A stretch of DNA of 64,000 nucleotides. Origin: Callorhinchus milii. Its lineage: Eukaryota. Location: positions 31,932,001-31,996,000 of the forward strand of contig NW_024704743.1 in NCBI RefSeq assembly GCF_018977255.1, given 5' to 3'. The first letter of the stretch is position 1, and the number at the start of each line of letters is the position of its first letter. The notes beneath the pieces were generated by a model. That model had not been told where the DNA came from, did no database searches, and worked only from the letters and a program-made list of their open reading frames with translations. The position numbers and the translations under genes are program-made. Positions 24,561 to 38,090 of this stretch are shown one piece after another.

Positions 24561-24929
24561 TAACTGACATTTGTCAAACTTCACAACTTGCTGCACACTG
24601 AAGCCATTGCCCCACTTTAATGTGAACTATACTTTCATGGCATGAGTGCATAGTAAAGCATGAGTAGAGGTGGGTGGGTTGGGGGGTATTTACTGCAGGG
24701 CAAGGAAAGAAAGACCACACGCATCATTGCTCCTTTTAATTAAATTTGATGCTAAATGTCAAGATTATTCAAGACGCTTTCAATGAGCCACAGGGGAAAA
24801 AAAACTTTGGAAAAAATCTGTATCTGTTGTGTACGTATACAGTCTCTGAAAGAAGAAAATTTAAATAGGCACATTTTGGAGTTGCACCCTTAATTAAATG
24901 CAAGTATATCGTTAGTTGCATTCGAAATG

Positions 24930-26240
24930 GCTCAGGAAAGCTGTTGCTTCAATGCCTTCTGTCCCTCACAGCCCGTATCAGTATTGGACAAGTCCAGTGT
25001 TCTACAACAGACCCATAAGGGTATCCTTGGTGTTGGGAGAGAACATTATGCAGAGTTGGCACTGACCCAGGCCATAGCAGAGACCCATCTGCATGGAGGC
25101 TGGAAGAGCTGGCTGGAGACGTGGACCAGATTGAAGGCCTTAATGACCCAATCTGCTGGGAGTAGGTGGACTCCGCACTGCGGTGACTTGACAATGGCAA
25201 GGTAGCTGGTGTAGACGGTATCAATGCTGAATCCCTAAATGCTGCTCTGAGGAAGTAGATGGAGAATGGTGAGGATCTTACAGGTCCAACCCAGGAACCC
25301 CCAACTTGCCTTGACAGCGGGCATGTCTATTTGCTAAGGCCCTTTGCGTGAGCACCTGGATTGAGCAACTGGTGCTGAGTAAGCCTGTACATAGCAATGG
25401 ATTTGGACCACAAGAACATCGAGGCAGCTGGCACTTCACAAGCTGTCCTGTAAAGCTGAGTTCAATTCCAGGCAGGGCGAAACCTTGGGCAAGTTTCCTT
25501 ACTCCACACAGAGCCTAATAATAATCCCTCCAAAAAACCCAAAACAATAATAAATTGGTCATTTTCAATCTACGACTGTTTGTGGGACATTGCTGTGCGC
25601 AATTGGCTGCCGCGTTCACCCACAAATATACAGTCAATTCACTTTACAGTATATTCTGTGAAGCGCTTTGGGACGTCCTCCCGACGTGAAAAGCGCTATA
25701 TCAAATGCAAGGATTATTATTATTATTATTATTAAAGCTCATCCCACTAGACTGAAAGCAGCTGCCCACCAGATAACTGATCAGGAAACGCTGAGGTTTG
25801 GGGCAACAGTTGCTGGAAGGCGTTACCTGGAGACTGAATTTGTGAACACACATCCGTATGTCCAGTGCCTTGAATCCAGCTTGATTGGCCCGCAGAGAAA
25901 AAGCAGCTGCTGCTTAAACTCCACACCTCCAAATGGTGGAATCATCACTCAATGGGAAGGGATGTGTGCCCGAGCCGCGGACAGGAAGATGGTGGCAATG
26001 ATGTCATGCATCTCATGGGATCCTCAAGCCTTGGATCTTGCCAACCTGAGCCTAGTACTTTCTTGAATTGGGTAAACAGAATTTGTCCCTCTAAGGAGAG
26101 AGTGCGCATTCCATTCCAACAATCTATCACTGGGATTTCCACGTGCAGGTGGGATGCGTGGAAATCTCAGCTTGGTTTGGATACTCTTAAGCATGGTGAT
26201 GGTTTTCCGCATTTGTGTTACTCGGCTGACCAAAAAAAAA
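24930..26240 (+). mobile_element. LINE family X, internally deleted copy with poly(A) end
   Basis: DPGHSRDPSAW...LNDPICWE*VDSALR*LDNGKVAGVDGINAE (pre-RT K-x-G-x-D-G motif); LLLKLHTSKW...CPSRGQEDG...HL; ends ggctgaccaaaaaaaaa. Confidence 0.8.
25458..25733 (+). mobile_element. Young 5'-truncated tRNA SINE inserted in LINE X
   Basis: taaagct on both flanks (TSD); starts at the B box gagttcaattcc. Confidence 0.92.
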
Positions 26241-26947
26241 GTCCCTCACAGTCACAAATTATTAAACAGAAGCACATAATGTGTAAAGAAAACTTTTTAT
26301 AAGCAGTGATAAACATTGAATGCAAAAAGACAGACACAGAGCAGATGGAAAATGTTGTAAATTTTCTATGATTTTTTGTAAACTTTCTGTGGTTTTGTAC
26401 TGTATTAACAACTTTTAATATCTCTCACTATAAAACTGAAGGTCAGATGTATTGCTGTAACATCAGTTTTATTGCTTCTGGGTGTTTTTTTTTATTGTTT
26501 CATGATTTCCCTACTTTAGGGGGAAGCTTGATTTGCCTGCAGAGAGGAAGAAAAAGAGATTAACTTCATATTATTACATTTTAATGTATTAAAATTTGAT
26601 TTTGAAGAGTTTTTCTAATTTAGCACATTTTTGCTATAAGGGAGCAAAGTATTGTCTAGAACCAAAATAAACTTAATTTCCCAGCAGATTATGTAGTATT
26701 TTGCAAACTGTTAATTGCTAAATTATTACAGTTTATTATTTTCTTCTTGATTTCAGAAATCAATGACCTGAAGCAGTTTGTTATATTGGAGCTATTTATC
26801 CTGCATAGGTTGCTTTCAACAGAAATAACACAAACTCTTCAAAAGCCACTTCAGCATCAAAAAACAAAAGTTTATTGAAGAAGTTAAAGAGCTTTTGTCT
26901 TCATGAATAGTCTGGTTTGTTCAGGGAGGGAGAAGAGATAAAAATGC

Positions 26948-28085
26948 AAATAACAACCTGCATTTAATAATAATAAATAAAAAAATATAATTAATGTCAT
27001 ACCCTTTGGAAGGATGTCTCAAAGGACTTTAGAGGATTTACTGTGAAGTATAATGACTAGGGAATTTTTGTAGGTGAACGCGGCAGCCAAGTTGTGCACA
27101 GCAATGTCCCACATACAGCCATGAAGCACATGGTCAATTCATTGCAAAAGGTTTAGAGTACAAGAGTAGGGAAGTCTTCCTGCAACTGTGTAGGGCTTTG
27201 GTGAGACCGCACCTGGAGTATTGTGTGCAGTTTTGAGCTCCTTATTCAAAAAAGGACATACTTGCCCTAGAGGGGGTGCAGCGTAGATTCACCAGGTTAG
27301 TTTCTGGGAGGAGGAAACTGACCTATGAGGATAGGCTGAATAAACTAGGGCTATATTCTCTAGATTACAGAAGAATTAGGGGAGATCTTATTGAAACATA
27401 TACGATTCTTAAAGGGTTGGATAAAGTAGCCACTGAGGGTCTGTTTCCCCTGGTAGGAGAATCTATAACCAGGGGTCACAGTCTTGAAATTAAGGGTCAG
27501 CCTTTTAGAACAGAGTTGAGGAAACATTTCTTCACTCAGAGGGTAGTGAATTTATGGAATTCACTACCCCAGAAGGCTGTAGATGCTCAGTCCTTGAACA
27601 TCTTCAAGGCTGAGACTGATAGATTTTTNACAAATAGAGGGATTATGGGATATGGGGATAGTGCAGATAATTAGAGTTAGGTCTGAAGATCAGCCATGAT
27701 CTTATCGAATGGCGGGGCAGGCTCGAGGGCTCCTGCCCTGCTCCTAATTCTTATGCTCTTATGTTCGTATGTTCTTAGCTGGGGATTGTTGGCCAGGATA
27801 CTGGGAAAAACTTTTCTTCTCTTTTGAAATAGTGCCATTGGATCTTTGACATCCATATAACAGGAACATCCAACAAAGTAGCAATAATAATAATAATAAT
27901 CCTTGCTTTTGATATAGTGCCTTATCACGTATTTGAGATGTCTCAAAGTGCTTCACAGAATATACTATAAAGTGAATTGACTGTATATTTACTGGAGTAC
28001 CAGCCTCAACTATGTGAGTTTAAAGTTTCAATGTGGACCTTGAACCCAGAACGTTTTGACTCACATTACCCAATGAGCCAAGCTG
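26948..28085 (-). mobile_element. SacSINE1-type SINE split by a CR1 and a SINE tail
   Basis: 3' part 26948-27140, middle 27779-27870, head 27990-28085 (ttgaacccagaacg...aatgagcca). Confidence 0.7.
27143..27778 (+). mobile_element. CR1 LINE 3' region
   Basis: ALVRPHLEYCVQF...QRRFTRLV...FFTQRVVNLWNSLPQKAVDA; tail cttatgctcttatgttcgtatgttctta. Confidence 0.95.
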
Positions 28086-30014
28086 AAACAAGGATAACCT
28101 ACAATGAGACAGACATTTGACATAACAGTTTTGCAAACAAGTGCTCCCTCAAACATTGCCTTTTTTTCAAAAAAATATTGTAAATGAATTAACTGATTAG
28201 TAAAAATGAGCAGATGAAATAATGTAAGAAACAACTGCAAAGAGATGTACCAGAGGATAAGAGTTTAAAAGTTCAATAGCTTGCAATGTTTTCATTATTT
28301 AACTGTGAAACATAGTTTAGAGACCTAAAAATATCTGAATTTGAAGATGTCAAATACAGCTTCACTATAACCAGTAACTTATTGAAAAAATAAAAAAAGC
28401 AGCTCAGACATTGAACCAATAAATTGGTTGAAATTCAGAAGGGTCAAATCAGTTTACTGGTGGAGTCACTTTTATGGATTCTAACCTATTTTAATAGCTA
28501 ATAAAGAGGAGGTAATTATAAAATACCTATTTCTCATGGAGTAATTTTGGTAATTTTAGGAAACGTGCCAAACACAATTAAAACCACAGCAAGGACAAGC
28601 AGAATGCTGTTCTCAAGGCATATAGTACAGCTGAGGGCAACAGAGCAATTTGTCAATCCTCAAACATTTCAAGCACGTGGATGCTTAACTAATGCCACAA
28701 TCTGCAGAAGGGCTTGTAGAGCGTGAGGTACAAGTTTTTCCAAAGTCTTGAAGTTAAGCTGAATTTCTAGCATGAATGATCCACTCCTCTTCCAACGTTA
28801 CTGTTTGGGTGCAGTGCTGAAGACTCCAACAGAGTTCGATGATAAAGCATAAAATTCGGTTATTATCAGGATGGTTATGAAACAGTAGGTGACTCTTCCC
28901 ACTTCCTCACCGAAGGGCTACTGACGCCAGTTATTGCTCCCGGGTGACAGCAGTTCAAAACAATGTAAATCACACGCCCCTATTTGAGGCCACAATAGAA
29001 AATTGACACTCTGCAACTAGGCTACTATGGAGCAAATGTCTTCTGACAGAACCACTGGACAAAGGAAAACAATAGCTTGAAAGATGATTGAAAGTCTCCC
29101 ATTTCCATCCCCTGCATCGCTAAATTATCTATTGTAATAAAACTATCAATTTTATTTAAAATGACTGTGTTTAAACAATAAAAAAAACACATAGAGCCAT
29201 ACCCATTTTTCTTCCTGAGGAGATACTTGAGACCCAAGCACCATTCAACAAGACAGCAGGTAAACATGCAGTTGGGATGGGGGCGGTGGGGAGTGATGTG
29301 AGGGGTTGCAGGGAGCCAGCTTGGATGTAGAGGTAACTTTGTATTATTGTACATGTGTAATTATATGCAATTGACTAAAAATTGACTAAAAACAGCAGCG
29401 TATTATTGGTCACAAGATTTCAGAAATGTTTTGTCCGTGATCAGGATAAGGGCTGAAAGCCTCACTAAAACGGCACTGAGTGTGCCTTACAAAGGCCAAT
29501 TGAGTTTCTTAAGTGCTTGTTGAAGAGCTCTTTAAGCCCATTCTGAAACAGGAATGTTAAAAGGGGGAGATTGCTGCTGCTCAGGGCTGGGGTGAATTGA
29601 GAGAAACTTAATGCGACTGTGGGCAGCAGATGCTGGAGTGCAGAGAACAGTGCAATTGAATGTAGTGGTCACACAGGTAGTCTGTGACATTCAATGCTCT
29701 GGGAGATGGTAATATAGCATTCAATATAGTGCTAAACATGCCAAAATGTCTCAATGTGCTTTACAAGTAATTGCTGTCAAGAGTAGTGACTGTGTGTTAG
29801 TAATTTTAAAGATTACTTGATGCCCCAAAGTTTAGTAATGAGCGGTTTGGGATGTCCTCCTGATGTGAAAGGTGGTATACAAATATAATTGTTGTGGGTA
29901 ATTTCTATCCAGATTTTACTACTGTTACATAATGTACAAGCTTGTTCCAGTTTCTATCAGCTTGGCACAGTGCTGGCCACCTGGGCTGCTGAAATATTAA
30001 CAAAGCAGTGTAGA

Positions 30015-30190
30015 ATAATAACAATAATAATCCTTGCATTTGATACAGTGCCTTGTCATGTCTTTGAGATGTCTAAGAGCCTTCACAGAATATACTGTAA
30101 AGTGAATTAACTGTATTTGTGGTTGAAATGCAGCAGTCAATTTCGCACAGCAGTGTCCCACAAACAGTCGTGGATTGAGTAACTAAATTA
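30015..30190 (-). mobile_element. tRNA SINE 3' half
   Basis: aataataatccttgcatttgata...gtcccacaaacagtcgtggattgag. Confidence 0.85.
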
Positions 30191-30194
30191 ATGA

Positions 30195-30905
30195 GCTGGT
30201 ATGATTCCTGGGCAGGGCGAAACCTTAGACACGTTTCCTTACTCTACGGGCCTTTGTTTACCATCAGTAAGTAGGAACCCTGTTGTTAGTCAATTGGCAG
30301 AGCACTTTCTGGGGGTAACAATAACAACAACTTGCATTTATATAGAGCCACTTACGCAGGGTAACTTTCCAGATCATGTGACAGTGGAGGAGCACGATGC
30401 CGAGCCAGGGGGAGGGGGAAGTGACCGTAGACACAGTCGAAGAGGAAGGTCTTCAAGCACGAGATGGGGAAGGCAGAGGGATAGAGGAAGAATGTTCCAG
30501 AGTTTTGGGCCATAGTGGCTGAAAGCATGACCACTGATGGTGGGAATGGAGGCACAAGGAACAAGCAGGAGGCTGGAGCCCGTCAAGCGGAAGTAGTCTG
30601 TTAGGGTTAAGCAGGTCGGAGAGGTAGGGAGGTGCCAAGGCATGAAGGGATTTCATGCTCTGGCACTTCCCTACCTTCCCAACCTGGGTTGGAAGGGTAA
30701 TAATCCCTTTGAAAAAAATTAATAAAACATAACAATAATTTGGCCACTCAATCCATGACTGTATGTGGGGCACAGCCGGCTGGCTGCCATGTTTTGCCCA
30801 CAAAATATACAGTCAATTCACTTTACAGTATATTCTGTGAAGCGTTTGAGATGTCTCAATGGTGTGATAAGGTGCTATATCAAATGTAAGGATTATTACT
30901 ATTAT
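30195..30905 (+). mobile_element. tRNA SINE, long subfamily, split by an L2
   Basis: gggcagggcgaaacctt...gggtaa, then insert, then gggtaataatccc...tail. Confidence 0.8.
30319..30694 (-). mobile_element. L2 3' end with 5' fold-back, nested in a SINE
   Basis: LHALAPPYLSDLL; (caa)n tail; gggtaa on both flanks. Confidence 0.85.
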
Positions 30906-32159
30906 GTTCATTACATTGCCTGCTAATTCATTGTTAAGTGTAGTGATTAGTAGATTACATCCATTTTTCCACGATCTTCGTGAGCAGCTCATGATAAGGT
31001 CCTAGGTTGTGAAGGGACAGGTTAAACTGAATCCAAAATTAAGCCAAATTGGGCCAAATTCAAGTGTTCAAACAGTAACTCAAAAGAGGCTAATTCACAT
31101 TTGGTTTTGATTTCATCCTTAACAATGATGCGGCATAATGAGCTACACTGGTGGAATTAAACCTGGCTGCTAGATTTGAATACCTGAAGCTGCCAGACAT
31201 CTTAAATGCTGCATTAGAGCCAACCGAAGCACACGTCTGATGAACCGAAGAACAGTGCCGAAGTTATTACTTAGTGAGTCTGTGCCAAACCCCCTTGAGG
31301 CAGAACTCACCTGCTGGGTGAGTTAAATACAGTGACAAGCTAATGTTTTATTGAAACAATTTAGAGCCCCACTGCTGTCCTGTTTTCATGTAGGAAAACA
31401 AATTAGCAACATTGCTATTATGTGAGTGTTTACTCCTCTGTGAAAACAGTGGTCCACTGAACATTAACCCCATCTGCTGCGTGAACAATGAACAAGAAAG
31501 AAGACACCAGCAGAGGAACGCTGCCAGAAATTCTCGACAGTGTGAGACGGAAACACCGTCCTACAGATGAGACTAAGCAAATCGTTAATTATATCCCTGA
31601 CAATTTGATTATCAGCTGAAACCAAACCTACTCATCTTCACCAGCCACTGGAGAGCGAAAGAACAAAAGCTGTAGGAATCACTGAAACAGGAAACGAGTG
31701 TCAAAGCACAAAGCTCTTCTCAGCAAGCTTAAAAGGATAGTCTCTTAACAAAATAAAATATTTGCAAGCTGTTTATTTGTTGGGGAGATGGAAGAACCTC
31801 CTATCCTTTTCATTATGACAATATCATGCGCTGCATATTTTGATGTGATTGCCATGACCATATTATGTAAGTAAACAAATTTTTGACTGAAAGGTTTGCA
31901 GAACACCTTTTGTTCAATAAGGCTGTCTCCTTTTAAAAGGATGCACATGGGTACAAATGCCAAGTGGTGAGTCAATCGCTTTCTGCAGTTAACTATTGGA
32001 TCTCTTCAAGGTGATTTTAAACTCTTCATGTCTGGAATGCTTCTTAACTCCAACAACCACCACCACTTAAATTCACCTACATATAAAGCAAATGTCTCAA
32101 AATTTTACAGATTGAGAATACATGGCAGCTAACTTGTGCTGATAATATTCCTCAAGGTG

Positions 32160-32520
32160 TCATCTTGGCTTAGCTGAAAGCGCTCTCACCTCTGGCTTGT
32201 TCAAGGACTGAACTCTGAATCTAGGCTGACACTCCAGTGCAGTACTGGGGGAGTGTTGCTTTGGTATAGCTGCCATCACAAGATCACAAGGTTAGTTTTG
32301 ATGAAGAACATCTGATCGCATCCCTCCAGAACACCCACCCTATCATTCCCCATCGCTGCATCAAGCTGCTTTTTTTTAAAAAAGTCCATTATCCTGGTCT
32401 CTACTACCTTTCCTGAAAATATGTTACAATTATCGATTACCCCCTGAGTAAATAAAAATTGTCTGTCCTGAAATTGCCCTTTACAACTCCAAACTTATGT
32501 CCTCTTATTCTACTGGTGAT
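32160..32520. mobile_element. SacSINE1 head (+ strand, 32160-32275) and CR1 tail (- strand, 32278-32520)
   Basis: tctaggctgacactccagtgcagtactg; atcacaagatcacaag. Confidence 0.7.
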
Positions 32521-33714
32521 ATATTAAATGCTGTTGGGGTGGGGAGGAAATGTAAGGCAGGATAACCCAGAAAAAAATACATGTTTCCTTGAAGATGAGG
32601 GGGGTGGGAGGAGGGAAGGAAATCCCTTAATTTACAATAGGATTACAAGGCTAACTGGATCCAAATTAATGACTCAATAAACTTAATATTAAACTTGTAT
32701 TTGATGTGGAACATTGTTATGTAGGTAAATGCACTCCACAGCTGCTCTGTCAAAGGAAAGGCAATTGGCTGTCATCCAAACTAACTTCCCACCAGGCTTC
32801 GATGTTTAGCACACACCTGCCAATTGAGGTAATGAGGAAATGATGTTGCACTACCTGAACAAGATCATCTACCTCAGCCAGGAGACACAGCCTTATCCAC
32901 TCTGCTCTGGATATCCCTGATGTTTTTTTAATCAAAGCTTCCTAATGTATTCCAGCTCCCAAACAGTAATTGTTTCTCTTCTTCCCATCCCCCCTTTCCC
33001 CCAAGCCTTAGAAGTTGTAGCAAATGGGAAGTTGCTGAAGGAAGAACTGCCGCATAATTTTCAGCATGGAGAAAACATGCAAAAGGCTCGGGACCAGGGC
33101 AGAGATCTGCACAAACAAAAGCAAACATGAAGACAGCAGGAAGAAAACAATTCAGTGATTGTCACTTGGATTGTTCAAGCCTTTGGGCATATTAAGCAGA
33201 ACCAGGAGGTCTCAGTGAATAGATTTAAGCAAACAGCAATTTCTAATGCCATCAAATTATCACAGCCAGCAAAGACTTTGGTTATACGCTTGTTACACCA
33301 TGAAGATGCACTGGCACTGTCAGACCACCTGTATCAGTCTCTTTTTAATTTTAAAAAAAGTTAAAAAGTTGCTGTTGCTACTGGAGAATGGTTTAACAAT
33401 TTCACTGACTTGGATTTAATTCAGTATATTTAATTAGCACTGCAGGAATGTTGCTATAGATTCTCTGTCCAAGGTCACGACTGCTACACCAAAGTAACTG
33501 TTGAATGATAGTTTCATTTAATACCAGTTAAAATATAATGGTTTTAAAAGAATGACCAATTTCACAAGGTCTAATGTAATCAACTAATGATAAATTGCTA
33601 ATTCTGAAAAGCTAAAGTCTAAATACATTTCTGAGGGAAGTAATTTTTAAACATGTATTTTTAAATCCATTAGAAGCAGAATTTTAATCCAAGGGAAAGT
33701 TTAGAGATGTTTCA

Positions 33715-33915
33715 TTGCCTGAAAGTGTGGTGGAAGCCGATTCGATAACTTATTTTAAGAGAGAAGTAGATAATTATTTGGGGAGGGCAAGCTTGCAGGG
33801 AGATGGGGAGAGCAGGGGAGTGGGATTGATTTGGATAGCTCTTTTCAAAGAGCCGGGACGGACATGATGGGCCATATGGCCTTCTTCTCTGCTGTATAAT
33901 TCTATGATTCTATGT
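33715..33915 (+). mobile_element. CR1 3' end
   Basis: LPESVVEADSITYFKREVD; tail ataattctatgattctatg. Confidence 0.9.
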
Positions 33916-34079
33916 CACTGGTTGCTGCTGTTAACTCACTGTGGAGTTAAATTATTATTACATTTATGTATTATATGTTGATAAATATTTGGTGCAAATA
34001 TTTAAAAAATATATTTTTGTTTACCCAAAGTAATAAAATGGATTCTTACTCTGATTTCTTTAAAGAATTCTGTGGATCC

Positions 34080-34290
34080 TGCACACATCCTTTGGGATCT
34101 TCAAGCTTTGACTCTCACCAACCTACACCAAATACTCTTGGAATTAAGAAAGCAGGGTCTATCCTTCCTGACACAGGGAAATTTCCACGTGTTGGTAGCG
34201 TATGTATGTGGAACTCTCATCTGATTTGTATATCCTTAAGATGGTGAGGGGTTTCTGCATGCGTCAGACACTTGACTGACCAAAAAAAGA
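34080..34290 (+). mobile_element. LINE family X 3' UTR with poly(A)
   Basis: gggatcttcaagctttg...atggtgaggggtttctgcatg...ctgaccaaaaaaa. Confidence 0.7.
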
Positions 34291-35544
34291 TTTAATTAGG
34301 CAAACATTCAATGCTCTTTATAGACAACGATATGGTGCTCCAGCATAACAATTTATATTGCACTATTTTGTCATGTGCATCTAATGAATCTGATGGTGAC
34401 TAATGCATTGTGAACCATTAGGAGGGAGATAAATGCTTCTGCATTATTAATATCCAACAAAATGAAAATGTAGATTCTGAAAATCCCCTCTTCTGGCCAT
34501 ATACACAAACTTTCTCTGTGCCTAGTGGCCCACTTCATTGATGAGTTGAAAAGGGTTGGAGCTACATTTAGGAAATAAATAATGAGCAGAGAAAACGCAG
34601 GAGTGTGACATACACTATTAGCAGAACCTCTACCTATTGTATTAGTTTTCAAAAACCTTTTGTTCGCTGCAGTAATTTCACATTGGAAGATATCTAGGGC
34701 CCTCTACTGTAAAACCAAATGGCAAGCATGCCTCACCACAGAGAAATTGCAATAACAAATTACTCTCAATGGGAAATTTCATAAATGAACTAATTAAAAG
34801 TCTGTTTAACGACTTTCACTTTTGAATGATTGATATCAGTTTTGCTGCATGAAGAACAGCATCAACTAAAAAATAGAAATTCTAAATGCAGTATTTTATT
34901 TGCTTCATTAAATGCACAATAAAAACAGTTGTACATAATCTCAGCACACTCTCTAATATCATTGGCATATTTGATGCTCATTAGCCAGATGTCAGCAAAC
35001 AATTTTTTCCAGGTATTAATGACATAATAAAAACTTTCAGGTTTGCAATTTGTTTTTTGAGTTTTCCTCCAATTGTTAATATAAAAATGAAAAAATAGTT
35101 TTTTTATAGGATAGAAATTCACCTGTTATATTAACATAGCATTTCAGAGTGGACAGAATTTTGATAAAGAGATGAATTCAATCTTCACTTTGAAGCCTGT
35201 TTATCTGCAGTTCTTAAAAGGAAACTTGTCTCAAAAGTAAAGATGGTATTTAAGAATTTGATACGTTTTTGACCTGAAAGGCCACATTAATAGAGTAAAT
35301 CTGTACCCGGTGGAATTATTTCTACCCGTGTATTTTTCGATTACAGTGAAAGGATTGAAAAAGCTAGAAAATGAGCTTGAAAACCCTGCTGTGGTGCCAT
35401 TTTTGAAAGCATCATTTATGAATAAACTATCAGATCAGGAGGCTTGTTGTTAAAGGGGAAAATGGCACCTCTGAGCATTGTGACCACCTGTACACTGCAA
35501 CATGACTGAGGCAAGCAAAGGAAAGAATCACATATTAATAGTAT

Positions 35545-35745
35545 TGTAATAACGATCCTTATATTTGGTACAGCTCCTTCACGTCAGGAGGCCGTATCAA
35601 AGTGTTTTACAAAATATAATGGAAAGTACAGTGACTTTGTGTGTTTTCTGGGCAAACACAGCGGACAATTTGCAGCCAGCATTGTCTCACAATGAGCCAT
35701 GATGTGAATGACCAATTTTATTGGAGAGTTCTTTTCTCTTCAGCA
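35545..35745 (-). mobile_element. SacSINE1-type 3' part
   Basis: ttcacgtcaggaggccg...caatttgcagccagcattgtctcaca. Confidence 0.6.
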
Positions 35746-36289
35746 TTTTAAAGGCTTATAAATAGTATGAAGGACCTACTCATTTAGATTTTCTTTAATG
35801 AAATGAATGTGTTGTGATTTTGAATTAAAGGCATGCTGCCTTGTTCAGAAAGTATTTTAGCAGATCTTTGGCTTGGTTGCTTGCAGACGCAACATGGCAT
35901 AAACCACTGCAAGATAGTTCATCATGTTATTCAGCCAGCACACTGTTGTGGTAAGTCTGATCCGATTCACATCGCTTCCAGTTCCAATCCCTCCAAACAA
36001 AGAGAATAATTTGCCAAAGATCTTCATTAAGTCTGCACTCCTTTGAGGCCCTGCGTGAAGGACACTATACCAATGCAAGTTGTTGTTTGACTGCAACATT
36101 AAATGGTCAGATCACAATGCCTTAAACGGGGATTGGAAAGGTCTTTTGCCCTATTTAATCTATTCTTCCAGGGTACCCACCCTACCACAATAAAAATCCT
36201 TGCATTTGATAGAAAGCCTTTCACATTGGATAGAGGTTTGAAAGCCCTTCACAGAATTTACTGTAAGGTGTTGTGACTGTATTTTATAC

Positions 36290-36780
36290 CATCTTCCCAT
36301 TCCAGCATCAAGCTGTATCTTAAATGAGCTCAACATCCTGGTCTCAACCTCTCTTTCTAGTCAGCTGTTCCAGTTTTAACTGGTTTAGTTGTAAAGAAAT
36401 AATTCTAGGTGTTGTCATAAAATTGTTATTCACAATCCTGAGCCTGTGCCCTTTTGTTCTGGTAACTTTGGTATATCAGGGGGAAAACAAACATGCATTT
36501 ATATTGCCCTTAACGCAGATAGGGTCTTAGAGCTCTTAACAGTGGCGGAGCTCAATGGTGAGCTGGGGGAGGAGGTGACCGTATACGCGGTCGAAGAGAA
36601 AAGTCTGCCTATCAGAAAGTACTGATTTGGGTTTAATTTCTTAATCCTGTTTAGCATCTTATAGGTCTCTTCTGAGACATCATATTTCAATACTTAAAAA
36701 AAACTCATAGTTGTTCCTCTAGAACTTGGGACCAGCCTCATCACTCTCCTCTGCATCTAAGGCCTGAGCAGCCCCTTCAT
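36290..36780 (-). mobile_element. CR1 remnant with a short L2 insert (about 36525-36605)
   Basis: Reverse-strand KYDVSEETYKML; cagcatcaagctg; insert gggggaggaggtgacc...ggtcgaagag. Confidence 0.55.
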
Positions 36781-36907
36781 GTCATGAAATTGGTTGGTCT
36801 GCCCTCGACAGAACCTCTTTAATTGCATTGCATCTGCTGAACCATCCCTTTAAATACAATATTGGAGAAAATGGATGCTTTGATTAAGAAACTGATCAGG
36901 AGTTACT

Positions 36908-37470
36908 CATAGAATCATAAAATCGTACAGCACAAAAAGAGGCCATTCTGCCCATCGAGTCTGTGCCGGCTCTTATAAAAGAGCAATGTAATGTCAATCC
37001 CACTCCCGAGCCCTTTCTCCATAACCTTGCAGACCCATCCTCCTCAAATACCCGTCCACCGCGTTGTTAAAAGTTGTTATCGAATCGGCCTTGACCACCC
37101 TTTCAGGCAATGCGTTCCAAATTTGAACAACTCACTGCGTGAAAACATTTCTTCTCACCTCCCCTCTGCTTCTTTTAGAGATTATTTTAAATCTTTCACC
37201 GATACACCCACTAGTGGAAACAGTTTTTCTCTTTATAACCTATCAAATCCCCTCATGATTTTGAAGACCTCTATTAGGTCTCCTCGTAACCTTCTCTGCT
37301 CCAATGAGAATAATCCCAGCCTCTCCAGCCTTTCCTCATAATCAAGTTTCCTCATTCCTGTAAATCTCCTCTGCACCCTTTCCAATGCCTTAACATCCTT
37401 CCTATAGTGTGGTGCCCAGAACTGGGCGCAGTATTCTAACTGAGGCCTAACGAGTGTTTTATATAGGTTA
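36908..37470 (-). mobile_element. CR1 LINE 3' region
   Basis: [36 protein letters not shown]...[19 protein letters not shown]; catagaatcata tail. Confidence 0.95.
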
Positions 37471-37709
37471 CTGTTTATGAATGTCACCAGTTCCATCCAG
37501 GCTGGGAAGATTACCTTGTGAGTTGCAGCCTGTCTTGTGGAGCAAAGTCAATCATACTCAGATATCCTAAATTGAGTTTGAAAGCATTTCAGAATTTCCC
37601 ATTGCTATGATCAAATATTTATTTGGTTACATGGAATGTTTGTTCCAAATTATGAGCGGTAACATGTATAGAGAAGACTCATTGCCAAGAACTCCTTATA
37701 AATAATAAC

Positions 37710-38090
37710 TCACCAAAGTATCTGTCTCTGCATTAGAAATTCCTGCTGCCTTGAGACATGCAGTGCAGAGAAATAGCGTTTACAGTGTGTAATGATGGCA
37801 CCAGGGTATGAAACCATGAACAAGTGGGTCAGATATTGGGAGGGGGTGGGGGAAATTGAGTCAATCCTCCGTAGCAGTCTCTGAAGTTCAGTTTGTGAGC
37901 CAGGGAGGTTCACGGTACTCCGAGGTGACAGAACAGTCAGGCTGCCTTGTTGGCAGGGCTTGGAGGGGTAGACCAATCAGTGGAAGCAAGGAATCTTCCC
38001 ACTCAGCTCCAAATAACCCAGCAAGCCAAAGCCCTAAAATGTAGAGTGATCCTAGCTGGACAAGCATCAGGAAGCTTGGAATCAGGAAGC
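37710..38090 (+). mobile_element. LINE family X fragment
   Basis: aattgagtcaatcctc...gagccagggagg...agaccaatcagtgga...tcttcccactcagct is collinear with 12715-12890. Confidence 0.7.

Noticed and set aside
26740..26880. Acceptor-like ttcttcttgatttcag with a short open frame
   Set aside because: No good donor and no recognisable peptide
31230..31265. Hammerhead ribozyme (ctgatga core)
   Set aside because: No stem II closed by GAAA and no stems I/III
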